Below, piece by piece: positions 41,901 to 55,078 of a stretch of DNA of 64,000 nucleotides; the stretch's first letter is position 1; every line of letters starts with the position of its first letter. The DNA is from Balanoglossus misakiensis. Its lineage: Eukaryota; Animalia; Hemichordata. Made by a program: the position numbers and the translations under genes. Below the pieces are notes generated by a model, which saw only the letters and a program-made list of their open reading frames with translations, ran no database searches and was not told the origin of the DNA. The stretch lies in assembly GCA_040954595.2 (NCBI GenBank), contig CM082583.2, forward strand, positions 9,596,254 through 9,660,253. The letters are read 5' to 3'.

Positions 41901-44900
41901 GTTTGATTCTGACCGCCAGGGCCAACGATGACCCACATGGGGTGTTCAGCGTTCGCAGCCAGGACCAGACGGTGACCGTGGCGTCCAACTTGAACCGGTA
42001 TGTCAGCGTCAACGTCAGTCGTTCGGCCGGCACTGAGGGGGACGTCCGGGTAGACTTCATGCTTCAGTACGACAACGTAAGTAAAAAAGATTTCTTGTGT
42101 GTTCAGTTTTAGTGAAAAGGCCTTTGTGACTGCTGTATGCAGTCAGACTTTGAAAAACCTCCTCACATCTCTATTAAACAAGTGTCTGTATATAGTCCTA
42201 TAAAATTATTTTGTGAATCATATGTACCGTATGTGGTGTAATACTTCCATATGTTGCAGGTATCAGTAAAAAACAAACAAATTTAATGGCATTTGGTTAG
42301 TGTTGTTAGTTGTACATAGGGTCACTCAAAAGGAAATGCTACCTACTAAAATTCTATTTTAAATTCCAAGTCTATATTGACACAGACGGTGATTATTATA
42401 GTCAGACTGTTTTGGTACCACTGGTGGCTTGTATACAACCTATGAACGTGTCCAACTGTACATGTAGAAGTCATGCTCTTGGATTGGTTACCCTCATTTG
42501 CACATCAATAGGGTGACCTCGAAAGGCTCTTGACAATAATAGCCAGCTACACGATTGTTAACCTTCGTTCAACTTTGAACACCCTGGTATTTCATGTTAT
42601 TGTGTGATATGTGTTTAAAATAAGCTTGCCTATGGTGTGTAGAATTTCTTAAAGTGAAATGAGTGAGTGTATAATTGACAGAGAACTACACAGGATGTTT
42701 TAAATATCTCCGCTCATGCAAAAAGTGCAGTTCTATGAAATCATACCATATATTTGTGAGAATGAATGCTTTTTATTAAATTTCCATGAATTGCTGATGT
42801 TTTGCAGGCTGAACCAGGAAGTGATTACGTACCCAGTAGTGGTGATGTCATCTGCACAGATGGACAAACAAATGTAAGATTCAGTCTCATTGTTTCTAAC
42901 AATCTGTGTCATTTATTTGAGTGTTTTGAAAATCATGCTTTATGCAATGTCATTTATGACATCTGTGTTTCAATATCCATATGTTTGCTTTTCCAGTGCA
43001 TTAAACAGATTCCACTGACATCTAACGATGCATTCCTGGCAGCTGGTACTACTTTCACTATCACCATAAGTGGCGTTACTTATTTGGGAGCTCAGGGTGA
43101 GTTTAATAATTATACTAGTCATTGCAAATATTGGCACCATTTGGTTAATTATAAGTCTGATAGCAGAATATAAAATATTGAATTTAGTTTGTTGGTAATA
43201 TCAGTGCATGGAGCCAGAGCATCTTGTGGGGGCAATGTACCAAATGAATGCCAAGAGATTTGAGACAATTAATGTTCCTTTCTCTTTGCAGTGTCTATTG
43301 AACCAAGAATTGACAGCAACAGTGCTTCAGCGACATTTGAATTACCTGATGAGGCGGCAAACTCTGTGATTGGTTTTGATCAGGACGCTCTGCAGGTGAA
43401 CGACAGTAAGTTTACAGAATTTCATTTGTTCTATGTCTTGTTGACCACCTGGTAGAAGTGTTATGAAAACCACTGTGTATACTATAATACAGATATAACA
43501 GTATTTTGATGTCAGGAAGAATAGATTTACATGTCCCTGATTTTATCCTGCAGACATCAATGAAGCAATCCTGACCATCAAGAGGGTCGGTTCTTATGGA
43601 GATGTGACTGTGCGTTGGGCAGCTGGATTTCCTGATGGTGACCTTCCTGATGGATTCACAGCAGGGGACATATCACCAAGCGTGGGAGCGTCTTCCATCC
43701 AGCATAGCTATGCTTTGAAAGCACTGGCAGTTCAGGTATGTTAAATTGTGGATTTGTAATACCATATATTTGGCAAAAGATATGCTTAGAATGAACCTTC
43801 TTTGTCCATTGTCAAGACAACATGTCACGGTTTTAAGACAACTTGTATAGTTAGTGCAGTCATGTGCACTCACACTGAATGGATGGCATTATCATGTAAA
43901 GTCTAATAATAATATCTGGTGTGTCTTTCTGCAGCTTTACCCCCAGGAGATGGCCACAGAGTTGTTTGCTGTTCAGTTGACGACTGTCACGACAAGTGTA
44001 CCCGGTGGAGCTAGACTACAAGAGGGCAACACTGTGATGCAGATAGACCCCTATGGTGTGCTGGGATTTGCAGCTGCGTCTAGGCAGCTCTACACTCCTG
44101 AAGAAGACGTTGAAGTGAGTGATCAGAGAGTGACAAGATATGCTACATTTTGAATATACATTTTGAATTCCCAATCATATGTTTTTAAAGCAAGCAAGAA
44201 AAGGTAGTGAATAAGCTCATTAACTTTCTCCTTCGTCTGTTTCTTCAGCTTACCCTTACAATTGAACGAAGATTTGGTACCTTCGGCAACATCCACGTCA
44301 CTTACGAAACATTTGCAGAAACAGCCGAGGAATCCACTGACTATACGCGAGAGTCCAGGGTTCTGACCATGAATGAGTTAGAAAGAAGCAGAACGGTACA
44401 GATAGTCATCAAGGGGGATGATCCCAATCAGCCGGAACCAGAGAGAGATGAAGTCTTCTTTGTGAACATCACTGATGTGAAAAGACTGCCATCTAGTGGC
44501 CCACAAGGTGAGATTCAGTATATTTGACAAAAAATGATTGTTCAGAGAAGACATAGTCTTTTCATGTACCGGTAGTGCAATCCAACCCATACTAGAAGTT
44601 AATATATTGAGGCTTTAGTTTTCACTTCTTTGTAATACCATTGTCAGAATGAATAACCATCCATATTCTCAGTTTATACCAGTATCTACTATTCTGTAAC
44701 CCTACTGTATTTTGTCCATCCAATACCCTAGGTGTGAGCCCCCGTATTAGTCCCATGTACTCATCATCCACCGTCACAATAGAAGCCAGTAATGATCCCT
44801 ATGGTGTTTTGAGTATTGATTCAGCTGCCATTGAAGTGTCTGAAAGTAATGACGGTGGAGCCAAAGTTGTACAGATACCCATACACAGATATTGTAAGTA

Positions 44901-47900
44901 CTCACTTCTTGTTTGAGTATCATCATTTCTCTGTAACTGTACTTGACAGCCATCATGACCCTTACCATGTCTTATCGCCAGTTATATACACTGAGATAAT
45001 CGCCACCACCACCACCACCTACATACATAGATACATGTAGCTTGTTAACTTACTGTAACAGTGATGCAAATTCCTAAATAAAAGAAGCTTATGCAAAACA
45101 GGATGAGATACATATTTAAAATTATAAAAAAAGACCTTCAGATTCATATGTAATTAATCTGCTACCTTTCCTCTGTAACAGTTGGAACGTTTGACACTGT
45201 GAGTGTGAGGGTACGTACCATTGGAGGTGGAGAGAGGGGTGTGACACCCACACCATCCAACAACACAAACACCATTGCTGAGGCATTATATGCTGCACAG
45301 GATGAACCACATGCAACAGCCGGTCAAGACTATGATATGATAAACACTCTTGTCACATTTGGAGTGAGTAAATCTTTATTTTAAAGATGATAAGCGGAAG
45401 TACATTGCATGTTTGGTTTTTGATATCTAAAGTGAAACTGAAATTTACTAGAAATTAATAATCTTGTACATTGCATAATATTGGTGATATTACTTTTCAA
45501 AGCCGACAGTTTGTCAAGGACTTGGTCTTTTTACTTTCAGGAGAATTCTGATGAGCAGAGGGTGAACCTTGTAATTCTGGATGACCCGACACCAGAACCC
45601 GCTGAAGTGTTCTTTGTCTACCTCAGTGATGTCACAGGTGGTGCTCAGATTGCCGAGGGTATTCCTGACCCCACTGATCCTCAGCAAGTCCTCAGGGTAA
45701 GTAACACATCATTCCGAAATGAGAATGAGGTTCTAAAAGTTATCTAGGCAAAATAAACATCATGGAACAGATAACAGAAGAGGAAAACATATTTTCTGAA
45801 TTCTTTATCCTAAGTTGCTAAAAATGTCCAACATATTAATGTTCTTGTTCTTGTTTTTTGTAGGGTTATGTGAAAATCACCATCATTGGCAGTGACAACC
45901 ACAATGGTATCATTGGTTTCACTGACAATTCCTTGTATGTCAGTGTGAATGAGGACCAAAATCCAGCTGTCAATCTGGTCGTCGACAGAGGGGATGCATT
46001 CTTTGACCAAGTCACTGTAAGCAAACATACTTTACAGTACAGTTCCCATAAAAAATGTCTTTTCATGATCTGATAGATATTTTTCACTTGAACTGTAGCC
46101 ACTACATGTACTAACAGTTTCTTCAATATGACATTAATGTTATTTTATGTCAACTTTCAAAAAATTCTTTATTTTGTGGTGTTTACTTAGTGAAAATTCA
46201 TTTGATAAAGTACTGGGTATATATTAACATTTATTTCTATATTTTCTTCAATTTTAGGTCAGTTGGCAGGCTACGTACGACAGCCCAAGTTCTCCAGATT
46301 CTGGGTTGTACGAACAGTTGGAAGAAGTGAGTGGGGAGACCTTGTGTGTGGCTGGGGAGAGACTCTGTACTTTGGACATTATGCTGCTACAAGATGAGGT
46401 AATGTGGACTGACAAACATAAACTATAGACCGGAAAATGCATGAAGATATAGAGGGAACTTCAGTCTATAGAAATGGCTACTGTGGCACACTGTTTGAAA
46501 TTTTGCTGGTAGCTGTTGATGTAGTGGTACAGATTTGATTTGTGCGCCAACCACCCATAATTTTGGCATACATGTATTTACTGCTGTTTATCTTTTATGT
46601 TGAAACAGGAGCCAGAATTCCAGACTTCCTTTGCCGTGATCCTGACTGGAGCTGGTGATGGTGCCACTATCGATGTGAGCAGAAACCGTGCCAATGTGAC
46701 CATGTTGGACAGCGACTTTCCGTATGGACTAATTCAGTTCACTCTTGCATCAAGGTAAGGAATGTTTATCAATTGATATTTGGCAGATGAGAATTAATTT
46801 GATATTAATGGTTTTCATGCAGGCATAATATGACACATCTGCTAATTGTTCTAAAACTGCTTTGCCTCTATCAACCTCTCTTTTAGACTACCGAGTGTAG
46901 ATAAGGCAGCCACACTGGTCGGTTTGACTTTAGAACGTGTTGGTGGTAGCACCCAGCCCTTGTCTGTCACTTGGTCCACGAGGGAGCTGTTTGGAGCAGT
47001 GAGGATCGCTGGAGTGACTGTATACCCAGCTGTGGAGTCACTGGATTTCGATACTGCAAGTGGTGTGATTGAGTTTGAAGTGGGTCAGGTAAGGAATATG
47101 CCCTGGATCTTTAGATGATAATAATGATATAAGACTTGATCATTTGTCATTGTCAGTCCCGCAGTCTAGATGAGACAGTTCAAGCCCAGTTAGACAGTTG
47201 TGAAAGTTTTATCTGCCACCCATTCAGAGCTGTAATGATCATTATCTGTTCTATCCTTAACAGAGGAGGGCTTCCATTGATATTGTGTTGACACCAGATA
47301 CAGCTTCTGCCAACCCGTTGCCCAAGATGTTCCAGGTTATCATCGATAACCCAACCAATGGTGGAAGGTATTGAATATTTTCACTTGGTTCAAAAAAGCA
47401 TCTATTTGTGTGTTATTGTAATATTAAACAACTGTAGAAGGTGATACAACTCTACCTGTGAGATGGCTGTGTCAAATTTATAGAGAGAATATTTCTGTTT
47501 TTTCTCACAGAGTGAATCCTGATGGCTACTATTCCAATGTAACTATTGTACCTGATAAAACAACCGCTGACATCTGGGAGACATGGGCTGGCGCCAGATT
47601 AGGAGACCTGACTGATTCTGAAATTGATAGGTAAGAATATTGACTCCTCCAATTCACAGCCAAGTTGGATCGACCCCATTGCACTCATAGATGTGGTTGA
47701 GCCCGTATGCAAGTGTTGTAAGCAATATGATGTTATGCTTGTTTCCTAGGATACTGCGTGAAGTGAGTGCCACTGTGGCAGTTGAGATGACAGACGGACA
47801 AGTTACCGTGGTGAAAGACACGTTGGATTTGATCATCGAAGAAGCCACTCAGAGACAGTGAGTACATACAGGGAACACAAATCTCGATATTCAAACAAGA

Positions 47901-50900
47901 ACAGCGTTGTTCTCATCATTTCTGTTGTGTGAAGTGTACATTAAGCTGTTTTACTGTCGTGTACACTGCAGTGCTGGTTCTTCCATTAAACGCATGAGTC
48001 CCTGTCTTTCAGACTACCAAGTACAACTCTGGATAACATGATGGAAATCTTCTGCGACATGCTGCAACTGGACCGTGTGGACACCAAGGGCAAGAACGGT
48101 CTGTCGCAGTCGTTTGTCGACTTTGCATACACGCTGATCACCGATGAAGAATGCGAGATGAACGAACCCAAGACAATACAGTGTCAACATGCGTACGTAG
48201 AAGTGGCCCGGTGGCTGCCAGCGTCTGTCAATGGTCACAAATTTGATGGCAGGTAGGTCTGGATTTGTCTTGTTTGCAGAGACTCACACCCTGAATTTTA
48301 TTCCTGTACTTATATTCATTGATCTCACCAAAGTCAAATCACACCCCTTCCAATGACACCCGTGATCAAAATCTCTTTACTTGTTACCCTCTTTCAGAGC
48401 ACAAGACCACTTTCAACTGCCAACAGATCTGCTGGTCACTCAGTCCGACAACCAGGAGTGTGAAGACATCCACTTCATTGAATATTCCAGTTCTGTCTGG
48501 TTTGAACCAGATAACCAGATTCCACCAATGAGCGACAAGGTAAGGGTCCATAAAGAACCCAAAGGTTAACACTTACACTGTACATGTAATAACAGCACTT
48601 TTGAGTGTCAGGGGCCGGGGCCTGGCAAACAAGCGAGAAAACAAAACTCAGCCATTTGGTAAGCCGTATTGAGATCTGATTACTAGGGTAATGTAATAAT
48701 ATTCTTTTTCCAACTTTCAGGTATTATCCGTGGGATTGAAAGGCAAGGAAGACCAGTTTTCCAATCTTCCAACTCCTATCCAGTATCGGCTGTACACAGA
48801 TAATGCCAGAGTGACTCCCAAAGGAGCCAGTTGCTTACTGTGGAACCACGCAGCTCAGAGGTGGTTGAACGATGAATGCACTGTCTTGGTAAGACAATCA
48901 GAGTCTTTTGTACAAAGCTGATAATTATGTGTTGATGTCAGTAGACTGGATGAAGATTTGATCATTACCTGTATTTGACATATTCTGATATTTTTGTCAA
49001 AGGGGTAGATGGCTGTCATTTGTGACCTCCAGACTGGCAACCATAATATTGTGTCATATTTAATTTCAGAGAGATGATGGTGATTATGTTGAATGCAGCT
49101 GCAACCATTTATCTGAATATGCAGCTAGGGCTGACACAGATAATCTGACCGGCTACAATGAATGGATCTATGCATCTTGCTTCATCTGTATTGTAAGTGA
49201 GATCAATTTGTTGAGTTATATTTTTCCCCTGTGTATTTTATGTGTATTTTGTGTCTTTTATTGATAATACCCCTGCACACATACTTTGCCAGCTTACTAA
49301 ATGACTGGGGTAGTCCTTTTCCATAAACTCAATCTCACATTACATGTGTATGTTTTCTCTTGTTTCATAGATTGGCTTGGTCCTGGCTATACTTGCCCAT
49401 CATATCTGTTCTATTGAGACCATGTTTGCTGCCAAACTGCTCATGCATATGTGCTTTGCATGCCTGTCATTCCAGGTAAGTCACTCAGTCTCGAAAGTAT
49501 ACAATGTATTTTCCAGAAGTATTTAGCGTAGAATGTAAGGTGCTTGAATAAGAATAAGATCACATACATGTTTGTTTTATATCTTTCTTACAGACCGTGT
49601 TTGTGGTAGCTGCGTACATCAGCAACAGAATCGATGACAGTAGCTGCTCTGCTATCGCTACCATCATGCATTACTTCTTCCTGGCACAATTTTCATGGAT
49701 GTTTGTCCAGGTACTAGACTCTTACTGTCTGTTCTTGAAAAGTTTGAAGTCAGCTCAGATTTTTATTGATCTGCATATGTCTGTATATGTAATTGGAGTG
49801 AAAGACTACGCTGTGATGGTGTTTGTGTTTGTATTGCTGACAATATCTGCCTCATTTTTACCCTCCAGTCTATCAATTTATGGAAAGTATTGGTAATGAA
49901 TGATGAGCACACAGAGAGATATTACGTACTTTTCTTTATGCTGGGATGGGGTAAGTAGTCTTTTAATCAATTGAAGTGCCCTCTTTTTTAATCAGTAAAT
50001 CACAAAAAGACAGTAGATTTGTACCAATCCTTTGTAATATAATGTACTCGCATGGTGAAGTGTTATACATAATTTGCATGTATTGTTACTGATACTAGTT
50101 TTTGTCTGATGACAGGTCTCCCTGCAATACTTGTGGTGATCTACATAGTGGTACTATATGCGGCATTTGGGTGGGAATATTATCTGTCTCCGGTGGATAT
50201 TGATCCGTACAATCCGGAAGTCATCTACGGAGATGTGCATCAAAATGGAGACATGTGAGTTACTTTGGAAATGTCTTGTGTAGTTATCATGTAAATAATT
50301 GTTATGATTCGTGACGTCTACTATTATTATGTTCTGCGTTGTAACCAACGGTTTTATGTAGGTCTGACAGCATTGTATTTTCTGTCTCCTGCAGGTGTTT
50401 CATCCCCAACGCCTATGCAGCTCTGGCCGGAGTCCTGGGTCCTGTTGTGCTCTTCCTATTCTTTGCGGGCATAGTCTTCATACAGGCATACCAAGTGACA
50501 CCACAGTGGAAGCAGTATGATGACGTGTATGCAGGCAGATACAACACAGCAGGTAGGAAAGCGCTAGACTGTTCATTGTATGTTACTGTATGTATGTGTG
50601 TGTGTATGTTAAATACAAATTGTCAGGAAATAGTATATACATGTAGTGATCCTAATTTGAAATTTTCTCTGATACTGTATCCATTTTAGAGGTGCGTATT
50701 CTGCTGATGTTCTGGCTGGTCATAATCCTCACCTGGATCTTCGGAGGATTACACATGACGTTTGGCACTCTGTGGTTGCTGATCATCTTCTGTATCTTCA
50801 ACATCATTCAGGTAAGATGCTGAACAGACACTGAAGGGGTTTAATGATGTTAATTTCAAGTTCTTAGGAAAATGTAAAGCAGTGGTTAAAAGATCAGCCA

Positions 50901-51800
50901 AATAAAATGTATTTACATAAAATTCCTATCATTCCATACATACCCAAATACTGTAACCTTGGTATATTTTCACCTCCAGGGCTTGTATGCTTTAATCATC
51001 TATACCATTCTACGCAATCAGCTGTGTAGACCAGCCAAGGGTCAGTACTCATTCAATAACAGTACGCAAGAAGTGGTGCACGTGCAGAACCAGAATTACA
51101 CCCAGAGTAGATCTGTCAGTGGTGCGTCTGTGGGGAAGAGCTCTAAAGGAACTCTTGGGATTGTACAGACACAGATCCCAGTGGCGACGCATAATGAGGT
51201 GAGCGATTCCACTATCACTGCTCTGTCTGTCTGTCTCTCTATCTGTGTGTGTGTCTCTCTCTCTCTCTCTCTCTCTCGAGTGTATGTGTATGTGTGTGTG
51301 GGTACATGTGTGTGTGTGAATTCCTGTTACTGATGGGCATGTAGCTTAGCAGAGGAAGTTACTTATTGTGTTTAAAGACACAAATTATGCTTTTCATGAC
51401 CAAACTCCCTTAATATTTTTCTCAAAAGATGAATAACTGGGATCACGCATCGGTGACTCACAGTCAACACAGTGACATTTACGGGGGCAAGCAGTCGCCG
51501 TCATCGCATACCAACAACATCTACACAACCATGCCGTACCCGAACAACATCACCGCACCTCAGGACGAGCCCGATTCCCAGGAATTCGACGACCTGATCT
51601 TTGCGTTGAAGACCGGCACCACGTACACCCCGAGTGAAGATGATGCGCTGTCGGAGAGAGCCAGGTCTACACATCTCAGCGAAACCAACGAACACAACAA
51701 GAGTACGGAGCAGCTCATTCTAGACACCTCAATGGACGATGCGCAAGACACAGAACATTATGAAATGAGGAGAATTTCTATAGCAGACACACACCTTTAA
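11947..51800 (+). CDS. ADGRV1: Adhesion GPCR V1 (VLGR1/GPR98/USH2C) orthologue, complete
   Basis: Manual exon walk gives 101 coding exons, 18,942 nt and about 6,313 aa, with splice phases consistent end to end. First exons: 11947-12135, 12265-12531, 12788-12892, 13076-13189, 13678-14722. Last exons: 50395-50552, 50690-50811, 50980-51198, 51429-51800. Features: signal peptide [19 protein letters not shown], dozens of Calx-beta repeats (DDxPExxExF...GGA.LG...I..ND...G.F.F), LamG domain, EAR repeats, GPS, 7TM, and C-terminus [11 protein letters not shown], the diagnostic ADGRV1 ending. Confidence 0.97.
18679..19823. mobile_element. Non-autonomous Kolobok-like DNA transposon (1,145 bp) in an ADGRV1 intron
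   Basis: Flanked by TTAA (18675-18678 and 19824-19827). Termini AGTGGAACG and CGTTCCTCT are inverted at 8/9 positions, with the 5'-RR...YY-3' ends typical of Kolobok. The interior is CpG-rich unlike neighbouring introns, and the host intron (1.3 kb) is far longer than typical. No intact transposase. Confidence 0.65.
20505..21304 (+). other. ADGRV1 LamG/pentraxin-like domain exons
   Basis: Exons 20505-20719, 20922-21049 and 21176-21304 encode [34 protein letters not shown] and [16 protein letters not shown]. Confidence 0.85.
32587..34495 (+). other. ADGRV1 EAR/EPTP beta-propeller repeat exons
   Basis: Repeated motifs such as YLVVLN...[54 protein letters not shown] and [17 protein letters not shown]. 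Confidence 0.85.
32856..32921. repeat. (CAC)n/(CAT)n trinucleotide microsatellite, intronic
   Basis: catcattatcatcatcgtcaccaccacc...acaatcatcatca between exons 32587-32816 and 32945-33091. Confidence 0.9.
48721..51198 (+). other. ADGRV1 GPS motif and 7TM region exons
   Basis: [19 protein letters not shown]|[19 protein letters not shown] (GPS), followed by hydrophobic helices including [22 protein letters not shown] and [14 protein letters not shown]. Confidence 0.9.
51222..51318. repeat. Compound (TC)n/(TG)n microsatellite, intronic
   Basis: tctgtctgtctgtctctct...gtgtgtgtgtctctctctct...gtgtgtgtg in the last ADGRV1 intron. Confidence 0.9.
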
Positions 51801-54460
51801 CCTGAAACACCCCCATCAAGGAATCAATTCATCCATCTCACCAGGTTGTGTATATAGAAATTTCAGACTGGCCCATTATTTTTATAGGGGCTAGCTAATA
51901 TTTTTGTACAGAAAGATTTTATACACAAGGGTACAAATTTGGCAATAATTTTCTGTACATAAGGGATTTTGATACCCTCATTTTTTAAAAACATATCAGG
52001 AATAAACTGTAAGTTTTCTACAAAGAAATAGAACAACACAGGATTGTAGATTTACTAAGCAAGTAGTCTTCCATATTTGATGTGGAGGCTTTTTTTCATA
52101 TGTAGTGTATACATGTACTTTAATTCCACGTTGTTAAAAACCCAGGTGCCGCGTCATTTGAGGCAAATTTATTTATCAAGGCCTTAGCTATCTATTGATA
52201 TTGATTGTGACCTCAGGCCAACCAATCAGATCTGATCAAATTCCTTGAGATGTGAATCATGGCACCAATCAAATTCCTTGAGACATCATGTGATCAGTAC
52301 CTGTGTCCAAATTTCAAATGCCTTGAAATGTCTGTGATTTATTCTCATGCAAAATATCACATTCATCATTTTTGGTTTCAGCAGTTTTGTGTGTGTATGG
52401 TATGTGTAGCGTGTTTCCTTGTGAACTTATTTACATGTACCAGCAAATAGAGATAACCTAACGGGTACATTCAAAAATCCAGTAAGGTTTTTTCTCCTGT
52501 AGTCAGCTGCGGTAGTCATAGAAACTTAGGATGCAATGACCATAGATATATACTATATTCTTGCAATAAATTAAGCTTTTATCAATCCTACATCTAATAT
52601 ACAAATGTAGCTGTATGATAAATCTAAGTTAAATTTTGTGAATGTTTTGATAATGGGTGTAAATTAAACCAAGTATGATTGTGTAATGACGATTAAAAAA
52701 AGCATTTCCGTGGCCGTCCTTTTTGAATTACTGTCGATCAAGTTTATGATTCTTAGAGCAGTACTGTTGATGTGATAGTATAGTGCTATCTGTCTTAAAC
52801 TAAAGTGCTGGTGAAACTAGCACAAAGCCTTAGCTAACCAAACAGTTTGCCTTCACTTCACCAGTGGTCTGTTTTGGACTGGCTGTACCATAATCAGATT
52901 CTGATTTTCCAGTAATTCTATGAAAATTATAAAAAGTACACTTGTGATAAATTCTATTTCTATTAACTATTGAAAACAAATTTATTTAATCTTTTTTTTA
53001 TCTATTTTTGCTGCAATGATATTGTAAATTATATAATGTAAACATGTTTGCTGATTTGAAACTAAATTATTATGATAAATAATATTACAAATTTGCTTTG
53101 GAAAACCTTGATATTGAAATCAGAAATTGTAATGTAGTGAGAGTACTGTTTTGTACAAATGACACATTTATTATTTTTTTCACTTGTTTTAAGAGCTGGT
53201 GGAGATTCTTAATTTCTTTTGTACTCGAGACTTTGATATAAATCTGCGAAGATTGTGAAATATACAAGCGCATGTCATGTTAACCTTTTGCACTCTGTTC
53301 AGGGATAAATGGTGTCATAGGTCACCGTGGGTCAAAGTTCAAAGATTACAAACGTATTTGTTATACATATATAGGATTTTCTATGGTTTGATAATATTGT
53401 GGTTCTTATCTGTATATTTTGTTTGATTTCACAGTATATGGTATGCAATCTGGATTCTAATTTATGGAAAGCATGTACAAATCAAAACAGTTTGCAAATA
53501 AAGTGTTTTTCTATCCACAAAAAGATCAGTTTTCTTTGTAACTTCACTACAATTTCGGAATTGTGCTGCAATGATTATGTTGGGAATTGGGTTGTTGAAC
53601 TTTTTTGAGTCCCACAACCACCAGTGAAGTTGGTTCCATTTGGAACCCTTAAACTGGTGTATGAGCAGCACATGCAAAAGTGTTTCTTTTGGTAAAGTTA
53701 CTTGCAAAGTAAAGAAAGTACTAGTAAAAGTATTGGTGACATCGATAGTCTTGTAGGAAATTTGAATTTTACGCTGAACACTGAATTGGCCAAGCAGGCC
53801 ACCAAAGCGCCCTCACAGGTCAGGAAGGAAGTATTACCAGGTGCGAGGACTGTGTGCATGTGTTCAGGCACAGTCCCTCTTTCTTGAGGGACTGTGTCCT
53901 GGCATAACAGTCCCGAATAGTTTGTTATTGACACCCAAAGTGTTTATAACAAGGTGCCAAAAAGTGCTTTGACAACCGTGGTCTCATTAACATAATTAGA
54001 TTAACGTTTGTAAAACAACGAACGTGTTCATTGTCGCTTTTACTTATTCCATCCGCCAGTTACGTCACATGTTATCACGGCAAGCGACACAAGGCAGCTT
54101 GCTTGAATCACGGACGAATCAATGGTCGGTGTTCATTGAAGCGTTTCGCGAACATGAGAAAAGTGTAAATGTGTTAATAAGTCCGGGCACATCTATGCTC
54201 ACCACGTGTGCACTGAGACGAGCGAAGTGACGCAATTGTCCGACTAATCTGCCAATCATGTCTTAAACAGCCAATCAGATGAACAGCTTTGCCTGAGCGT
54301 CAGTCAATTTCATTTTCAAATTAAGAATTCGCATTAACGTACAAGCCTGATTGGATTCTAGCTGTTAACTCACTTAGGGGCCTGCGCTTTAATTTAAGAC
54401 TCGGAGTAAACTCTGAATGCAAGTTCTGCAGTGTTAGACGCCCACCTGTTGAGTGACAAC

Positions 54461-54474
54461 GTTACCAAGGCAAA
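54461..54474. promoter_or_regulatory. RFX X-box-like motif upstream of the Tctex1-domain gene
   Basis: GTTACCAAGGCAAA lies just upstream of a probable 5'UTR exon (donor AAT|GTGAGC near 54558; acceptor ttgcag at 54998). Motif match only. Confidence 0.4.
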
Positions 54475-55078
54475 ATCGATAAATGGCCCGAAGAACTTTA
54501 GTTGTGAGAGTAGATGCGACGGTCGAGGCGACTAATATAATTTGGAAGAGTTCCAAATGTGAGCTTTTCATTTATTCTTGATCGAAATCAATTATCCTCT
54601 TCGCGACGCTACAGTGGTCATTTCATATCTGGGTGTATTATAATTTGATGCCCCGTGAACACAGTATATACAATACACACACCCAGGTCGTCAGTTGCGC
54701 TTCCCCTCGACTGTTTTGTTAGCAACGACTTCGAAATTTATAACCCCTCACAATATGAACTCAAAGGGTTTTGTCTTCATGGATTTCGCGTGACAATATG
54801 AAAAGACAGGAGTTCTGACCTCGCGCCCCCTAAGGGCAACCCAGCTGAAGTACGCCTTCCCTAAATTGCAAAACACTGTGGTCAACACTCTAGTGTATTT
54901 AGTAGCGCTGTGCTGGTTACATGCGTCAACTGGACTCCGGGGGCATTCGTTGTCTGTGTGTGGTGTGACCGTATTTGGGGATCTCTGACAATTGCAGGAA
55001 GACTGCGGTGAAAAGATTTCGACAGGAGCTTATTATTGTTCTACCTACAAGAAGCCAACAGTAGACCCAAGACACAAC

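Noticed and set aside
42260-42265. Possible 6-nt microexon or recursive splice site (ttgcag|GTATCA|gtaaaa)
   Set aside because: Weak donor and short pyrimidine tract; indistinguishable from chance.
52235-52283. 16-bp direct repeat atcaaattccttgaga in the ADGRV1 3' region
   Set aside because: Only two copies; a simple local duplication, not an array.
54992-55078. N-terminal extension of the Tctex1 ORF in the ORF track
   Set aside because: Starts at TTG overlapping a splice acceptor; the first ATG is at 55079.
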